A stretch of 64,000 nt of DNA, taken from the NCBI GenBank assembly GCA_003971905.1, contig RSEE01000059.1:62001-126000 (forward strand). Reading direction: 5' to 3'. The position numbers and the translations under genes are program-made. A model generated the notes under the pieces. The model saw only the letters and a program-made list of their open reading frames with translations, did not search any database and was not told the origin of the DNA. Each line of letters starts with the position of its first letter. The stretch's first letter is position 1. This DNA comes from Moniliella sp. 'wahieum' (taxonomy: Eukaryota). Shown one piece after another: positions 14,401-26,851 of the stretch.

Positions 14401-16215
14401 TCGGAATGTTTGACGCCCCGCCGTTAGCCGTAACGGAGGTAGATGATACCGGACCATGAGCTACAGCGCCCAATAAGGCAACCTTAGTAGGCTGTTCTGG
14501 GTCAGTAGAGAGAGGTTGGGGTAAAGGAGGGTCTCTGTGCAGGCTCTCTGCCGCGACAGTGGGGAGAGGTCTGGTTGGTGTGGGTGAGCCCGGTAACATT
14601 CTAACCTGTGAGGGAGAGGAGACAGGAGGAAGAACAGGACTGGACTCCCCTCTCTTGCCTGGCAACTTGATGGCCAACTTGGACATGCGCCGGGCCTTGT
14701 GAGAAGTAATTTCATCAGCTGGGGGGGCGCGAGCCAGGTTCTCAACCGCGGTGTCAGCTGGAGATTCCTTGTCCTTGTCCTTGTCCTTATCCTTGTCCTT
14801 ATCCGTATCCGTATCCTTATCCTTCTGCTTCTCTCTCATAGCATATTCGGAGGACGGGCGGAAGACGCGTGAGAGACCCGAGAGGCTCAGTCGGCGGGGG
14901 GGAGGTGCGGGACGGAGTGGGCGGGAGGGTGACTTGGGACTTATCTTCCGAGGCGTGAATCCCAGCCCCAGCTTGCTTCCCACTTGGCGATACGGGGGGG
15001 TGGAAGTGCGGGAGCGAAAGCGGGAGCGGGAAGGGGCGGGTGCGGGCGCGGACCTTGTCAAGATGAAGCGAGGGAAGAAGTTTGGCGCGGGCAGATGGAG
15101 CAGATGGACCGGGTGGGGGCAAGAAGTACGGTTCAAGTCGCCGTCGCCAGCGGGCAACGGCAGGATTGATACCCAACTTGGGCAGCGTAGCTGAAGAGGC
15201 TTGGTACGCTCGCGGAGAAGACGGGTTGGACTTGGACAGCCGCTGGGCGCATGAAGTAGCCGCATGGGACATGGGTTGGGGTTGGGGTTGGGTTGGGGTT
15301 GGAGTTGGGTTTGGGGTTGGGACGTATTGGGAGACGCGCGGGCAGAGGCATGGGTAGCAACCGTGGCATCACTGTCCCTACCGGGCCGGGGCGATAAGCC
15401 TGGGCTGGGAGGGTAGAGGAGGAGGATCGGGGAGGAGAGAAGCAGGTAAGAGGTCGGGTGCTGTGGACGCTGAGACGGGGCCCTTCCAGGCTGAGGGGGG
15501 CAGGGCAGGGCCGTTGGACAAGGTAATAGCTGGGATGGAAGCGCGAGTGAGCGGGGCAAGGGGTGGGACTTTGCTGGGAGAGATGCGATTGGCCAGGTGG
15601 GCATGGGCGAAAGGAGGGGAGGCAGTGAGGGGTTGGGGTTGGGGTTGGGGGCGGGGGCGAGCGCGAGGGCGAACGCGAGGGAGAGCGGGGTAGAGAAAGG
15701 CGGCGCAGGGAAAGCGGGAGGGACAAGCGTGGGAGCGAGATGCGAGGAGGATTATGGTGTGCTGGGACACTGGGGGTAAGGGAGTCGCGCCGGGGCGGAG
15801 GCGGGGAGGGGAGGGAAGGATGGACGCGCACAGGGCTGGGAGAGAGCTGGGGAAGAGGGGTCAGTGGGTGGATTGGAACTTGTTCAACGCGAGGGATACG
15901 CACGTGAGGCGGCAAGAGTGCTGGCGAGGCAGCTGCCGAGGGGGGAGCTGATGCGGACACGGCAAGGGCAGGCTGGGTGAGCTGGGTGGGCGCAGTGGGC
16001 GCAGTGGGCGCGGCGGCGGGGGGGAGGGTGGGCAAGGCGAGGGAGCTGGCGAGCGAGGCGGGGGTGGCGGAGGCGGAGGCGGTCGAGGAGAGAGAGAAGC
16101 GGCTGGGGGGCTCGACGTGCTCCAGCCCGTCGATGGGCACTTGCAACTCCTCGTCCTCGTCGTCCGAGGCGGGCCGGAGCAGAGGCAGCGCGGATGGGGC
16201 GGCGGCGGTGTCCAT
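11490..16215 (-). CDS. DYRK-family (class 2, Pom1/DYRK2-like) dual-specificity kinase with long disordered N-terminus
   Basis: DH box NNFGYDD..GDY, GRGSFGQV, VAVKLIRNKKRFHQQA, HCDLKPENILL, DFGSAC, YTYIQSRFYRAPEV, DMWSLGCILAEM. The kinase core is at about 11840-12890 with an intron at 12280-12181. Both ends are approximate. Confidence 0.88.
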
Positions 16216-16608
16216 GGCGGGGATGGGGGCGGGAGCAAGGGAGGCGGAGGAGGCGGAGGAGGAGGCGGCGCATGGGCCGCATGCATCCGTCTGCTGTTCC
16301 GGAGGCTGCCAATGCGCGGCGTGGGCGGCGTGGTACCAGCTAAGCACGACAGCTGCGCCACACGTCCATCCGCCATCAGCGCAGCCATCCGCCTCAGCCT
16401 CTGCCAGCTCCCCCACACTGTCACATGTGATGTCGCCTGTCACATCCTACCTCTCCCATCCCCAGCACCACATCACGTGTCCTTGCCTTTCAACATCAAT
16501 GCGCACCTTCAGCACTCCCCGCCCCCTTGCACGCCAGCTCGGATCTACGCCCCCCTCCCTTGCCTCATCTCCGATCTCATGCCCTAGGCGCGGACGGCCA
16601 TTGCATTG

Positions 16609-18205
16609 CTACAGCGTCCGTGCTCCGACAGTGATGGTGTAGTGGTGCAGCAGCAACTCCAGCTCCTCCAGCTCGTCCAGCCCCTCCACCTGCGACAGGC
16701 GCGCCTTGGTTCCCGACGGGATCGTGGCCCAGATGGTGGAGAGGGCGGTGGTGTGGGCCTGGACATGGACATCCGCATGGACATCCGCATGGGCCGCACT
16801 CCAAGTTGACACCGACGTCGAAGTCGAAGTTGACGCCGACATCGAAGCCGACGCCGGTGGGGCGAGAGCGTGGCGCATCCGCCGCACATGATCTTCCGGT
16901 ACGCACGTGGCTTTTGCGCCGGGGATCGTGAGGCCGCGTGCGGCGAGGTTGTGGAGCATGACCTGACCAAACTCAGATACCTTCCTGTGTCCCTGTGGCT
17001 TACTGTCGCCCGTGTACCCTGAGAGCACCACGTCGTAACTTACCACTGCGACTTGCGGAGCTGCACCGAGCACATCGGACGCCAAGTAGCGCAGCACGGA
17101 TTCGCCCACCTCCGGGGGCAGGTAGAGCAAGAAACATTCTGCCACCAGTACAGTTGGCAGGCTGGGGTCCAGTCGCTTGCCCAACGCTTCCCGCAGAACG
17201 TTGGCACGTGCTGGTTCGCCCACCAGCTCACGCACATCGCACGCCATCAAGTGGTAGCCTACGGCCGGTGCGTCCAGGTCGTCCCAGAGGAAGATATGTG
17301 GACGTTGGACATATCGCCCAACGTGGTGGACAGCGCCTCGGAACGTACAATCCGCTCCACCTTGTTCTTAGTGATCTGAGCAAAGTCCAATTCGATGTAC
17401 TTGGCCACCTTGGGCCCCAACACCCCAGATCCGCCTATCGTCTCACGTCAGCAACCATGCAGCAAAGGGCGCGGGGGGGGGGGGGGGATAAGGGATGAGG
17501 AGGGGCGGGGTACTCGTAACCTGCAACACAACTTACCTTCAAGCGCCAAAACCGCTGTCGCTTCCGGCACCAAGACTGATGATCTGGACCGGACGCGGAC
17601 GCGGACCCGATCCCAATCCCGATCCCGATCCTGATCCCGATCCCGAGGCTGGCGCTGGGGGCTGCTGTGGCGCAGGTGACTGTGCGACGACGACTCCAAT
17701 CGGAAAGGTTGCCCCAGTCCGGGCAAGTTGGTGCCGAGGATAAACGCATCCACCACCTCGTCGACAGCAGCACAGCGAAGGTAAGTACCGAGGTTAATCA
17801 CAGGTGGGCGTTTCCACGCGACATTGGAAGCAACCGGTACGGCGTGGCCGCCCGGCACGACTTTCCACGCTGCCTGGCCATGGGTGGCAGGGGAAACCAG
17901 GGCGGCGGCATACGGGTCGGGAGGGAGGTATCCGGCCTCGATAGCGCTGAGGCGGGAAAGGAGCGCGTCGCTATCTGTTGAACGAACGGCATCGTCGGCG
18001 GCTGTGGTGGATGTGCCGGGGCTGGACGACGACGGTGGGAGCGCGGCGCGCCGAGACTGAGACTGAGGTTGAGAGTGCGAGCGGGCGGCGGGAGGGTGGC
18101 GCCGCCGGGCGGGAGCGGGGGCGGAACACGAGCGGAGGAGAGGGCTGGACGGCGGCGGGTAGCGCCGCAGCGGGTGGGGCGGAGACGGGGGGGGGGGGGA
18201 GACAT
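16609..18205 (-). CDS. PPM1: Leucine carboxyl methyltransferase 1 (PP2A methyltransferase)
   Basis: DDAVRSTDSDALLSRLSAIEAGYL, KRPPVINLGTYLRCAAVDEVVDAF, PTVLVAECFLLYL, FGQVMLHNLAARGL and LDELEELELLLHHY. Confidence 0.88.
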
Positions 18206-18588
18206 CACACGTGGTGGCGACGGCAGGACGGGGGAAGCCAGCAGCAAGGACTGGCAGTGGTGCGGTGGATTGATTAATGACGCCTCGGCGGGGGCCCCGG
18301 GGTGAAACAGTGGGCAGGAAGATTGAGTAATTGCAGGGGGGGCCTCGCGCAGCCGGTCAGTGACCAACCCCAAGCGATGGGCCGTCGTGATCACAATCGG
18401 TGATTGGCTGCGCACACACCGTCTGGGGCGGAACGCAGCGGAAGTAGGCTACTCTGATAATCAACCAGAGCGGGTCTCCTGTCGGGGGGACTTGCTTATC
18501 TATGGTGCCAACAAAACTGGTGCCGCCACCACCTGCTTTGGTTCGCCACTTCAAGCTCAAGCTCAAGCTGGACGGCAAGCCTGCGGCC

Positions 18589-20264
18589 ATGCACCTCGTC
18601 CGCGCGCTCGCCACTCGCGCATGGCGCACACGCGCCGCGCCCACCGCTCCTCCCGGCCGTCCGCTGCACGTACGCGCCCTGCTCGACCCTGCTGCGCATT
18701 CGGTCGACTTTGAGTTACCGCGGATGCCCAAGGACGCAATCGAGGTCGTTCCCGAGATGGTGCCGGGCGGATTCGAGTACCACTGGCACGTGCGCCCGCG
18801 GGACCAGAGTCCGCCCGTAACCCCTGTGCGCCCGCACAGTCCGCACGGCATTGCTCCCTTCCCCCCCGCTCGGCGCTGCTGCTTCGCCCGCCGCGCCGGC
18901 TGGGACGGGGACAGCGGAGAACAGGAAGTGCCCCCACCCCGTTGCTCCGGATGGCCGATCGTTGCTTGACACGCGCCTCATATCGGCTGCTCGGAGGTAT
19001 TCCGCGAGCTGGTGTCCGCAGTCTGCCTGACCTCAAGCAGTTGATCAACCACTTTGATCTGCGTGCGGGCGTGCATATGACTTTGAGTTGCCTATGGAAT
19101 CAACTCCTGCGAGTGAGCGTCGCACGCCGATCACCAGTCCTCTCACTCCGATTCAGGAGTTGCGCGCGGCACGGGACGATGGCAGCCTGTTGGTAGGGTA
19201 CGTGTCGGGTCCGTTGGAGGACCCATCAGCCTTGGCCGACACGCATCTACGTGTATCCGTGTGCAGTGGGTTTGCTATTGCCGGTGAAGCGCACATGCCT
19301 TCCCCTGGACCGCTTATGGTGACCTGTGCTCACACACTGCAAAACGCATTCCGTGTTCCTCTGGTGCCGCGTGGCAGTACCGCGGCGCAAGAAGGCTTTA
19401 TGCCTCACAGCGTGGCATTTGCCACTCGAGGCAGGTGCCATCTATCCCATCCGTCGTCTTGTCTCTGTCTCTTCACTTCCGCTGTCCGATGTGATTCTGT
19501 ACCAACTTGATCCTAGCCCATCTTGCCTGCTGGGATGAGCGAGCCTGCTGCGTTGCGTACGCTGCCCGTCTCCCCGTATCCCGCCGTGGTTGGTACGGAG
19601 GTGGCGGTATCCTCCTTTACCGGGTGGGGGGGGAGAGCACGCCAGCGTTCCCCGGTGTGGATGTGGATGTGGATGTGGATGTGGATGTGGGTGTGGACGG
19701 GAGAGAATGGGGCAGTGGACGGACGGTCGTTAGGGGAACGCAAGAAGGAGCTACGGAAACGAAATGTGGCTGGTCGGAGCCGGTGGGGCCGGGCAGAAGT
19801 GATCAAGTACCGTGACGAGTGTGGGGCCGAGGCGCATACCGGCACGTACGACAGCCTGTCCCAGATGGAATTCAAAGTGCTCCGTACAGCCGGGACAATC
19901 CACCTATGTGGCAAGCGCGGGAAAGCTTGAGCGCTGCCGAGTCGGATGCTGCATCTTTGCCTTTGACGCCGGGCGACAAGGCACGTAAGCGTCCCACGCC
20001 GGATTTCCCTCCGCCTGGCTCGAGTGGCGGGCCGGTGGTAGATGTGGCGACGGGGGCGGTGGTAGGGATGGTCCGGAGCACCAAGTACGGGTTCCTTGCT
20101 GGCCGGCACGGCGACGCGGTCCCAGCCGAGCAACTGTTCAACCGTACGTGTTTGTGCTGGTGTGTGCAGGAGTGGAGTGGTGTGACGAGTGACTGACGCG
20201 AGTGTGTGTACATTGAGCAGTGTTTGCGCTCCCGGGCCTAGCGGAAGAAGTAGGAGCTGCGTGA
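18589..20264 (+). CDS. Trypsin-like (Trypsin_2/PA clan) serine peptidase with probable mitochondrial presequence
   Basis: Triad-like motifs occur in the right order: VTCAHTL (His), SDVILYQL (Asp), PPGSSGGPVVD (Ser). The N-terminus MHLVRALATRAWRTRAA is Arg-rich and acid-free. Intron at about 20144-20220. Confidence 0.7.
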
Positions 20265-20699
20265 GTAGGTGGCTGAGTGGAGTTTCGGCACTACTTTCCG
20301 CTTCTCCATTGTCAAGTGCAATCAACGTTCAATTCAACAATCCTCTCCACACAGCTTAGATATGCCCTACAGCGCGCACACAGAGGTGGGGTTTGCGTGC
20401 TGTGCGTGTATGTCGGTGGACAAGGGTGGCGGCCACGGGAAGGGGAAGACCTGCGTAAGCGCAGGCGGAGAAGCCGGGCGCGCAAGCAATCTTAATCAGC
20501 CAGGAGCTGAGTACTAGGTATTGGGAGATTGAATATTGATATTGATATTTGATCCCGTCGGACAGGCGGCGGCGGAGGAGAAAAGGGAAATGTTCATACG
20601 CGACGCGTCTGGGCGCTGGGGTTAGCATATGCCACGCTCCTCCCTCTCGTCCCAGGAGGAGAGGGAGGCGAGGAGGCCACCACCGCTTTTTGCTCGGCC

Positions 20700-23600
20700 A
20701 TGCTCTCGCGCGTGTCGTCGCGCTGGGCCAGCGAGGATGACGACGAAGGGGCTGTGGATCGGACGCATCCGCACGCCCCCTCCCACCCCCCACCCCCCCC
20801 CCATCGGCCCACGCTCTCCACCAATGCCGACGCATGGTACGTTCCTACGCCCGGCCTGACATGTGACACCACTACAGACGCGTATCGTGTGCTAATCCTC
20901 CACGTCGCGTCCCTCTACCCTTGGTTGGTGCTGGCCCTCCCCTCTCCAGGGCCATGGAAACGATCGACAAGACCCAGCTCATTTCCCAGCAACAAAGGGC
21001 AGCCGAACTGGCACATGCGCGTATGCGTGCGCCTGCCTTCCCCCCGCGCTCCTACTACTACTCCTACTCCTGCGTCTGCGCCTGGGCCTGCACTTGCTCC
21101 TTCTGGCCCCGCGCGTGCTCCTGCTCCCGCTCCCGCCCCCTCCCACTGTCCGTAGTGTCCACCCATCACTTTGCGCACGCTTCCTCCCGCCCTGACGCGT
21201 CCGTGCCACTTTCTCGGCCATTGGACCGCGCACCTATTGCTTTGGGGAGCCCCCTGCCTTTCTGGGCATCGAAGACGGTGCTACGCGGGAAGTGCGATCT
21301 GCCCCTCGGTCCGCGGCGGCAGAGCCTACGCTGTCGGCGGAGCAAAAGGAGGTGTTTGATATGGTGTGCACGAGGGGCAGAGTCTCATGTTTACCGGGGG
21401 CGCCGGTACGGGAAAGTCAGTCTTGGTGCGTGCGATTGTCAAGTACGTATGTGACAGGTACGGGCCGCATCGGGTTGGGATCACAGCCACCACGGGCGTG
21501 GCGGCACTGCACATTGGTGGACGTACTTTGCATTCGTGGGCTGGAGTGGGCACAGGAACGGAACAGCGAAGCAGTTGGCGGATTACATCGCGCATGCGCG
21601 TAAAGATTGTCTCGACCGATGGTCAAGCGCGCATCTTGATCATTGATGAGGTGAGTATGCTCGATCCTGTGTTTTTTCGATAAACTCGAGTCGGTCGCGC
21701 GTGCGTTGCGACGGTCAAGGCAACCTTTTGGCGGAATCCAACTCGTTCTTGTTGGTGACTTTTACCAGTTGCCACCTGTCATCGTTCCCATGGCCAATTG
21801 GAAATCGGACCACGCCGATCACCGTAAGGCCAAGCAACTGCACGAAAGCAAGTGGCCGCGTACCTTCTCGGCTTCTGTTTGATGCGTTCCGGTGGTCCAA
21901 GTGTATCCCTGTGGTTGTGGTGCTGAAAACAGTGTTTCGCCAGTCGGACTCTAAGTTCGTTTCGATGCTTGAAGAACTGCGGCGTGGCCACTTGTCACTT
22001 CAGACTGTGCGGTTGTTTCCAGTCCCTCTCCCGCCCTTTGCCCATCCACGATGGCATTCTTCCCACTGAACTTTACCCCACACGCAACGAGGTGAGCAAC
22101 TCGAACGATGCACGTCTCCGCGCGCTGCGCACCCACACCGAAATTTACATGGCCAGGGACTGGAGCAAGGTGCACAAGGGCAAGCCCGATGCCATATCGG
22201 ACGACGTCAAGACCTGGCTGGACAAGGTCACCATGTTTCCGTACCAGCTCGAGCTGCGGGAAAAAGCACAGGTCATGCTGCTCAAGAATTGCAACGAAGA
22301 CTTGGTCAATGGCCCGTGGCATTGTCGTCCGATTCGTCCGATTCAACAAAGCCAGATACATTCGTGCACACCAGGGACGTGCGTTGTACCGCCTCGATGG
22401 GGTCCAGGCCAACACGACGTCGTCGTCCCGCTCCAGCTCTAGCTCGACTCGGTCAGTCAAAGTTGAACCCCACGTTAGTGGGGCCTCCAGCCGATCGGTC
22501 AAGACGGAACTCACACCACATCGCACTACCCGTCCGGCTCGACTCGGTCTGTCAAGGCCGAACCCCATGCCTTTGGGGGCTCGACTCGGTCTGTCAAAGC
22601 AGAACCCCACGGTTTGGGGACTCGGCCCGGTCCATCAAAGCAGAGCCCAGCACCGGTTCGCGCCGTTCGCACGGCGTCTCAGTCACCCAGCCTTCAACCA
22701 AGCCAGCCTCCGCCGCGTCGGGCGAATTGGACGAGTTTGACGAGTTTGACGATCCCGACATGGACGCCGCGTTGGCCCAGGTTGCTCTCACCTTGGACCC
22801 GGCGGACGTATCCTCGACCTCGGCTGGGGGGGCATCTTCACGTGCTCGTGCGCCCCACGCCCAAGGCGAGCGGGAGGGTGCTCCGGCGCAGGCTGACCGT
22901 CTGTCCGCCCGTCCGTTTCGTCGGGTGGAAAGTGAGGGCGCGCCGACGTGGCGGCATACGAGGTTGTTACAGGATTTGGCAGCTGAGCAGGCGCATGCGC
23001 AAGCGCAGGCGCAAGCGCGTCCGCTCGGCCGGGGCGAGATGTCTCGCACTAGGCACTTTTCCCAGCGTGCGTTCCAGCGATCCGTGTCGCAAGGGTCGCA
23101 GGCTGCCCCCGTATCTCGTACCTCGGTCGCAACCTCGCATGCGCGTGCGCGCGCCTTGTCTCCCATGATGTCTTCTGCCTTGGGACGAGACGAGCCACCA
23201 ACCCAAGCACACACTACAGCACAATCACAAAACCTTATCGAGATTGCGCTTCCTGCGACGTCGAGTGGTGGGAAGAGTGGGTTGGAGTTGGCGCAAGAGA
23301 ACCGGATGTACCCTGTGGTGCGCTTTGTGACTGGGAAAGAGTACCTGATCATCCCAGTGGAGCACCGAGTGGAAGATTCGCTCGGACGGGAGGAAGGGGT
23401 ACGGGTACAAGTGCCATTAACGTTAGCTTGGTCCATGTCGATCCACAAGGCACAGGGGATGACGTTGGATAAAGTATCGATTGACTTATCGCGGTCGTTT
23501 GAGAAGGGGCAGGCGTACGTTGCTTTGTCGCGCGCGACGGACTTGAATATGCTCCAAGTGCGTGGGTTTGCGCCGCACCGGATCCAGGCTGAGCCACTGG

Positions 23601-23859
23601 TGCTAGAGTGGGAAGAGAAGGTGCTGCTTGCCCAAGAAGAGTTTTTCCGCCAACGGGAACGCAACAAGAAACGCGCCCAGACCAAGAGCTAGACCTAGAC
23701 CAAGACCAAGGGCACCAGCTGAACAAAGCTACACCGGGCATCAAGGATGCGCTGCGTCTGACGCTCAAGGACAATGGCGTACCGACACATGCGTCGGTGC
23801 ATGCCCTGCTTGAAAAGCACAAACCGGCGCCTACGGCGAACAAGAAGCGTCGCATCTGA
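20700..23859 (+). CDS. PIF1: PIF1-family 5'-3' DNA helicase
   Basis: [94 protein letters not shown] and [13 protein letters not shown]. Confidence 0.93.
22441..22650 (+). repeat. Degenerate ~40-50 bp tandem repeat inside PIF1 encoding STRSVKxEP units
   Basis: GCTCGACTCGGTC recurs at about 22442, 22537 and 22578, with degenerate copies at about 22490 and 22620. Confidence 0.8.
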
Positions 23860-24155
23860 TTCAAGATCTGACCTCTCGCGCCATGCCACACTAACTAAAG
23901 AAAAGAAGAGAGGTGTGGATTGGCAATCTCACGCAGTACAACTACTATGTTCCATCATATAACCTGTTGGCAATACAGTTCTCTTCCCTATCCGCATCCG
24001 CATCCGCATCCGCATCCGCTTCTGAGCCTGTGACATAGACCCCGCCATGGGAAACTGGCCAGTCTACTGAGCATAGCGCGGTTGATTGTCTCGATTCCGC
24101 AGGGCATCCATACGAGATGGTTGTCATAGAGTAAACCTACTGACTTTGTAGGTTC

Positions 24156-26418
24156 TCATGCTTTGGGCGCAGCCTGCGCAGCCTTCGCAGCTACCAGTGG
24201 GGCGCCCTTTTCCGGACGGAGCGCAGGAGATGGAGGGCCTTGACAACGTTCTGAGCAAACGTGTGGGCAGACGCAGTGGACTCTTAGCCTCGATACCAAA
24301 CTTGAGCAACTTAGATCCGGCGAGGTAGTTGCAGCCGTATCCGTCTGGTAGCCAGCGCCAAAGCCGGTACCGGCAATGCGGTCGCCGGCACTCAGGCCCG
24401 ACGTGGACAAGGTCCAAGTCTGGCTGGCACCCAACGCTTCGTCTGCCAAGAGTGCTGGCACGGGGCCGTCGCGCGCAGGGTCAAAGACCAGTCGCAGCCC
24501 GAGGATGTGACGGTCGATTCCCTTGCCAAAGCTCGAGTCGCGGGTCTGGGCAGTATGTGCGGAGCAAGTTTTGACCAAGGCGGTGTAAAGTTTGGCCGCA
24601 TCAGCTTCGGTATCCTTCCTTCTCCGCGCACCAGGTCCCGGACAAACTCGTAGCTCTCAATTGAAAAGGAACGAATGACGTCGGTCCGGCCGTTCTTGAA
24701 GAAGCGGGTTGAGGCCGTCTCGTACGTAGGGGTCTGACTGCCATAGGTCAAGGCCATAGCGACTTGAAGCACTGTTTGGAGGTAAGCGTCCGGGCTGACT
24801 TTGGCCACCTTCTTGATCCACTCGGCGCCGTACTCGTCAAACCAAAGTACGCGCGCATCACTTTCCACTGCCATGGCCAGTGCTTTACGGGTGGCTTGGT
24901 CAATCGCTTGCGTCAAGCTAGCATCCACATCAAAGTCTCTCCGCACAAAGTGGGCCGAAGCGAGGGAGATGTCAGCCTTGGGGGTCGAGGGCGAGTCGGG
25001 GAAGGGCTGGGTAGGCGGAGGAGTGGCAGGAATCGCAGAGGCATAGTCCGCCATGATACCCGGAATCAACGCATCGACAGGAGAGTGTTCCCCCATCACG
25101 CCTGCACGTCCGTTCGGCTCGACAATCAGAGTCACGGCCTTATCAAACCAGCGGTTCTGTCCGCCGCGGCCTGTGCCATTCTCGTTGCGCACATGCGCAT
25201 TGAGCCAGGCAGGGGACGCGGCCATGGTCGCCTCGCTTCCCTGGGGAGAAGGTAAACCGAAGTGTCGATGGCCAGGGCAAAGAGAGAACGTTGAATCGAC
25301 TGAACCGACTCGACGTTTTGCTTCGACAGCCGTAGTAGTTCTTCCCTCTTGACAGCCCAGGTGTCACGATCGTCGCTGCTCAGCACGCCTACCCCTGGGC
25401 CATCGGGACGAGTCTTGGCGTCGGCGACAAGTGCCTTGAGTCCATCCTCGATCGCTTGAGGGGAGAGGATCTTGCCCGTTTCAGGATCAATCACTTGCAG
25501 TTCATAGTAATTGTTGCGAATGGAGACGGTGATGAAGTAGGCTGGAGGGTCAGATTCGACGGCCTGAGAGACGGGCACGGTAGGCGGCGCAGGGCGTGTG
25601 TTCCAATCGTGAGGGAGCGCAGGGATGCGCGTCACGCCATACAAGTTGGCATATTGGTTCATGCAGAATGGTCCTGCACGCGTCACATCCGGAGCAAGAG
25701 TTTGAGCATCGAGGCGAAGCTTAAACTCAACGTAGCCATGTGAGCCAGGCGGCACGGCGCAGACCCAAGTCCAAGTTGTCCCAGTTGGCCGGACCCAAGA
25801 GGGCGCTGGTGTCGATAACTGTATGGTCGGGAGCGTTGGCTAGCTCGGCAAGCGATACAAACTCATCGCCGGCGTGGGCCACATCGGCCTCGGACTGGAT
25901 GTTGTGTCGGGGGCAAACATGAACCACCAGTTGGAATGGATGAGGAGCGGGACACGCCACTCGTGGTAGGCCTTTTGGAGCCAGAACCGATCGTCCAACC
26001 AGTTATCGGGGGTCGAGGCATCGACATCACGCAGACGCAGCTGCAGAGTATGGGCAATGCTCTTGTCGACAAAACTCCTCGCCCAGGCCTTGCGCTTGGC
26101 CAGCTCCGAGGCGGCAGTTGCGCCAGGCGGCAGCTGGCCCAGCTCCTCCTGCTGGGCAAAGATGGGCTCAAGCGACTTGAGGTACTTGGCGACGGTCTGC
26201 TCCAGGGGCGGCAGAGGCAGGCGAGGCAGCGCGTGCTGGTACTGGAAGGTGCTGGGCGCGGGCTTGTCCTCGGCGCGGCGTGGGCGAGTGACGGACAGAC
26301 GGGCGGGATGGGCCGGGTGGAAGAGACGGCGGGGCGCGGGGGCGAGGGCGAGGGCGCGCAGCACGCGTGGCCGGGCGGCCAGGGCGGGCGCAGAGCAGGC
26401 GGCAACAACCGACAGCAT
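24156..26418 (-). CDS. Carnitine O-acetyl/acyltransferase with mitochondrial presequence
   Basis: STFQYQHALPRLPLPPLEQTVAKYLKSL, NWLDDRFWLQKAYHEWRVP, PFCMNQY, NRWFDK, GVMGEHSPVDA (catalytic His), SPDAYLQ, TYETASTRFFKNGRT, GKGIDRH, LSTSGL and DGYGCNY. Confidence 0.92.
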
Positions 26419-26851
26419 GGCGGCCGAGCGGTGGGGGGCGGTGGGCGGAGGCCGAGGCCGAGGGAGGGGTTAGCACCATTCTTGATTGTCCCTTTGCGCC
26501 ACAGCAGCCACCTCGCCCGGGTGCAGCCGGCCCGGAGGAAAGAGTACGATCGATTAACCCCGCACTCTGCGTGTGAAAGCACGCCTGGCCGGCTTCGGAT
26601 AAAGCACAGCGGTGACCGGCTGACCAGTGACCATGACCCGTGAGCCAGGTGACGTAATACCCTGGTCACGTGGCCGTGTTGTGTGTGCTGCGCTCGGCAC
26701 GCGTTGGGTTGGATTGACGCGTCGCAGGCAGCCCCAAGGCGTCGTTGCTGTGCCACCACCACCGCTGCCGCCATGGTCATCATCCGCTCCCCGCCGCCCA
26801 GCAAGCGCTGTGTTTGCGTGCACCTGCGCCCGCCGATGACGCCCCGTTCGA

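Noticed and set aside
20860..20867. CATGTGAC E-box match near the PIF1 start
   Set aside because: It lies in a probable short intron next to the branch point, so it was not counted as a promoter site.
24140..24200. Possible cryptic peroxisomal PTS1 on the carnitine acyltransferase
   Set aside because: The visible end is ...AAPKA*, which is not a PTS1. There is no TGA-CTA readthrough context, and the terminal frame is uncertain.
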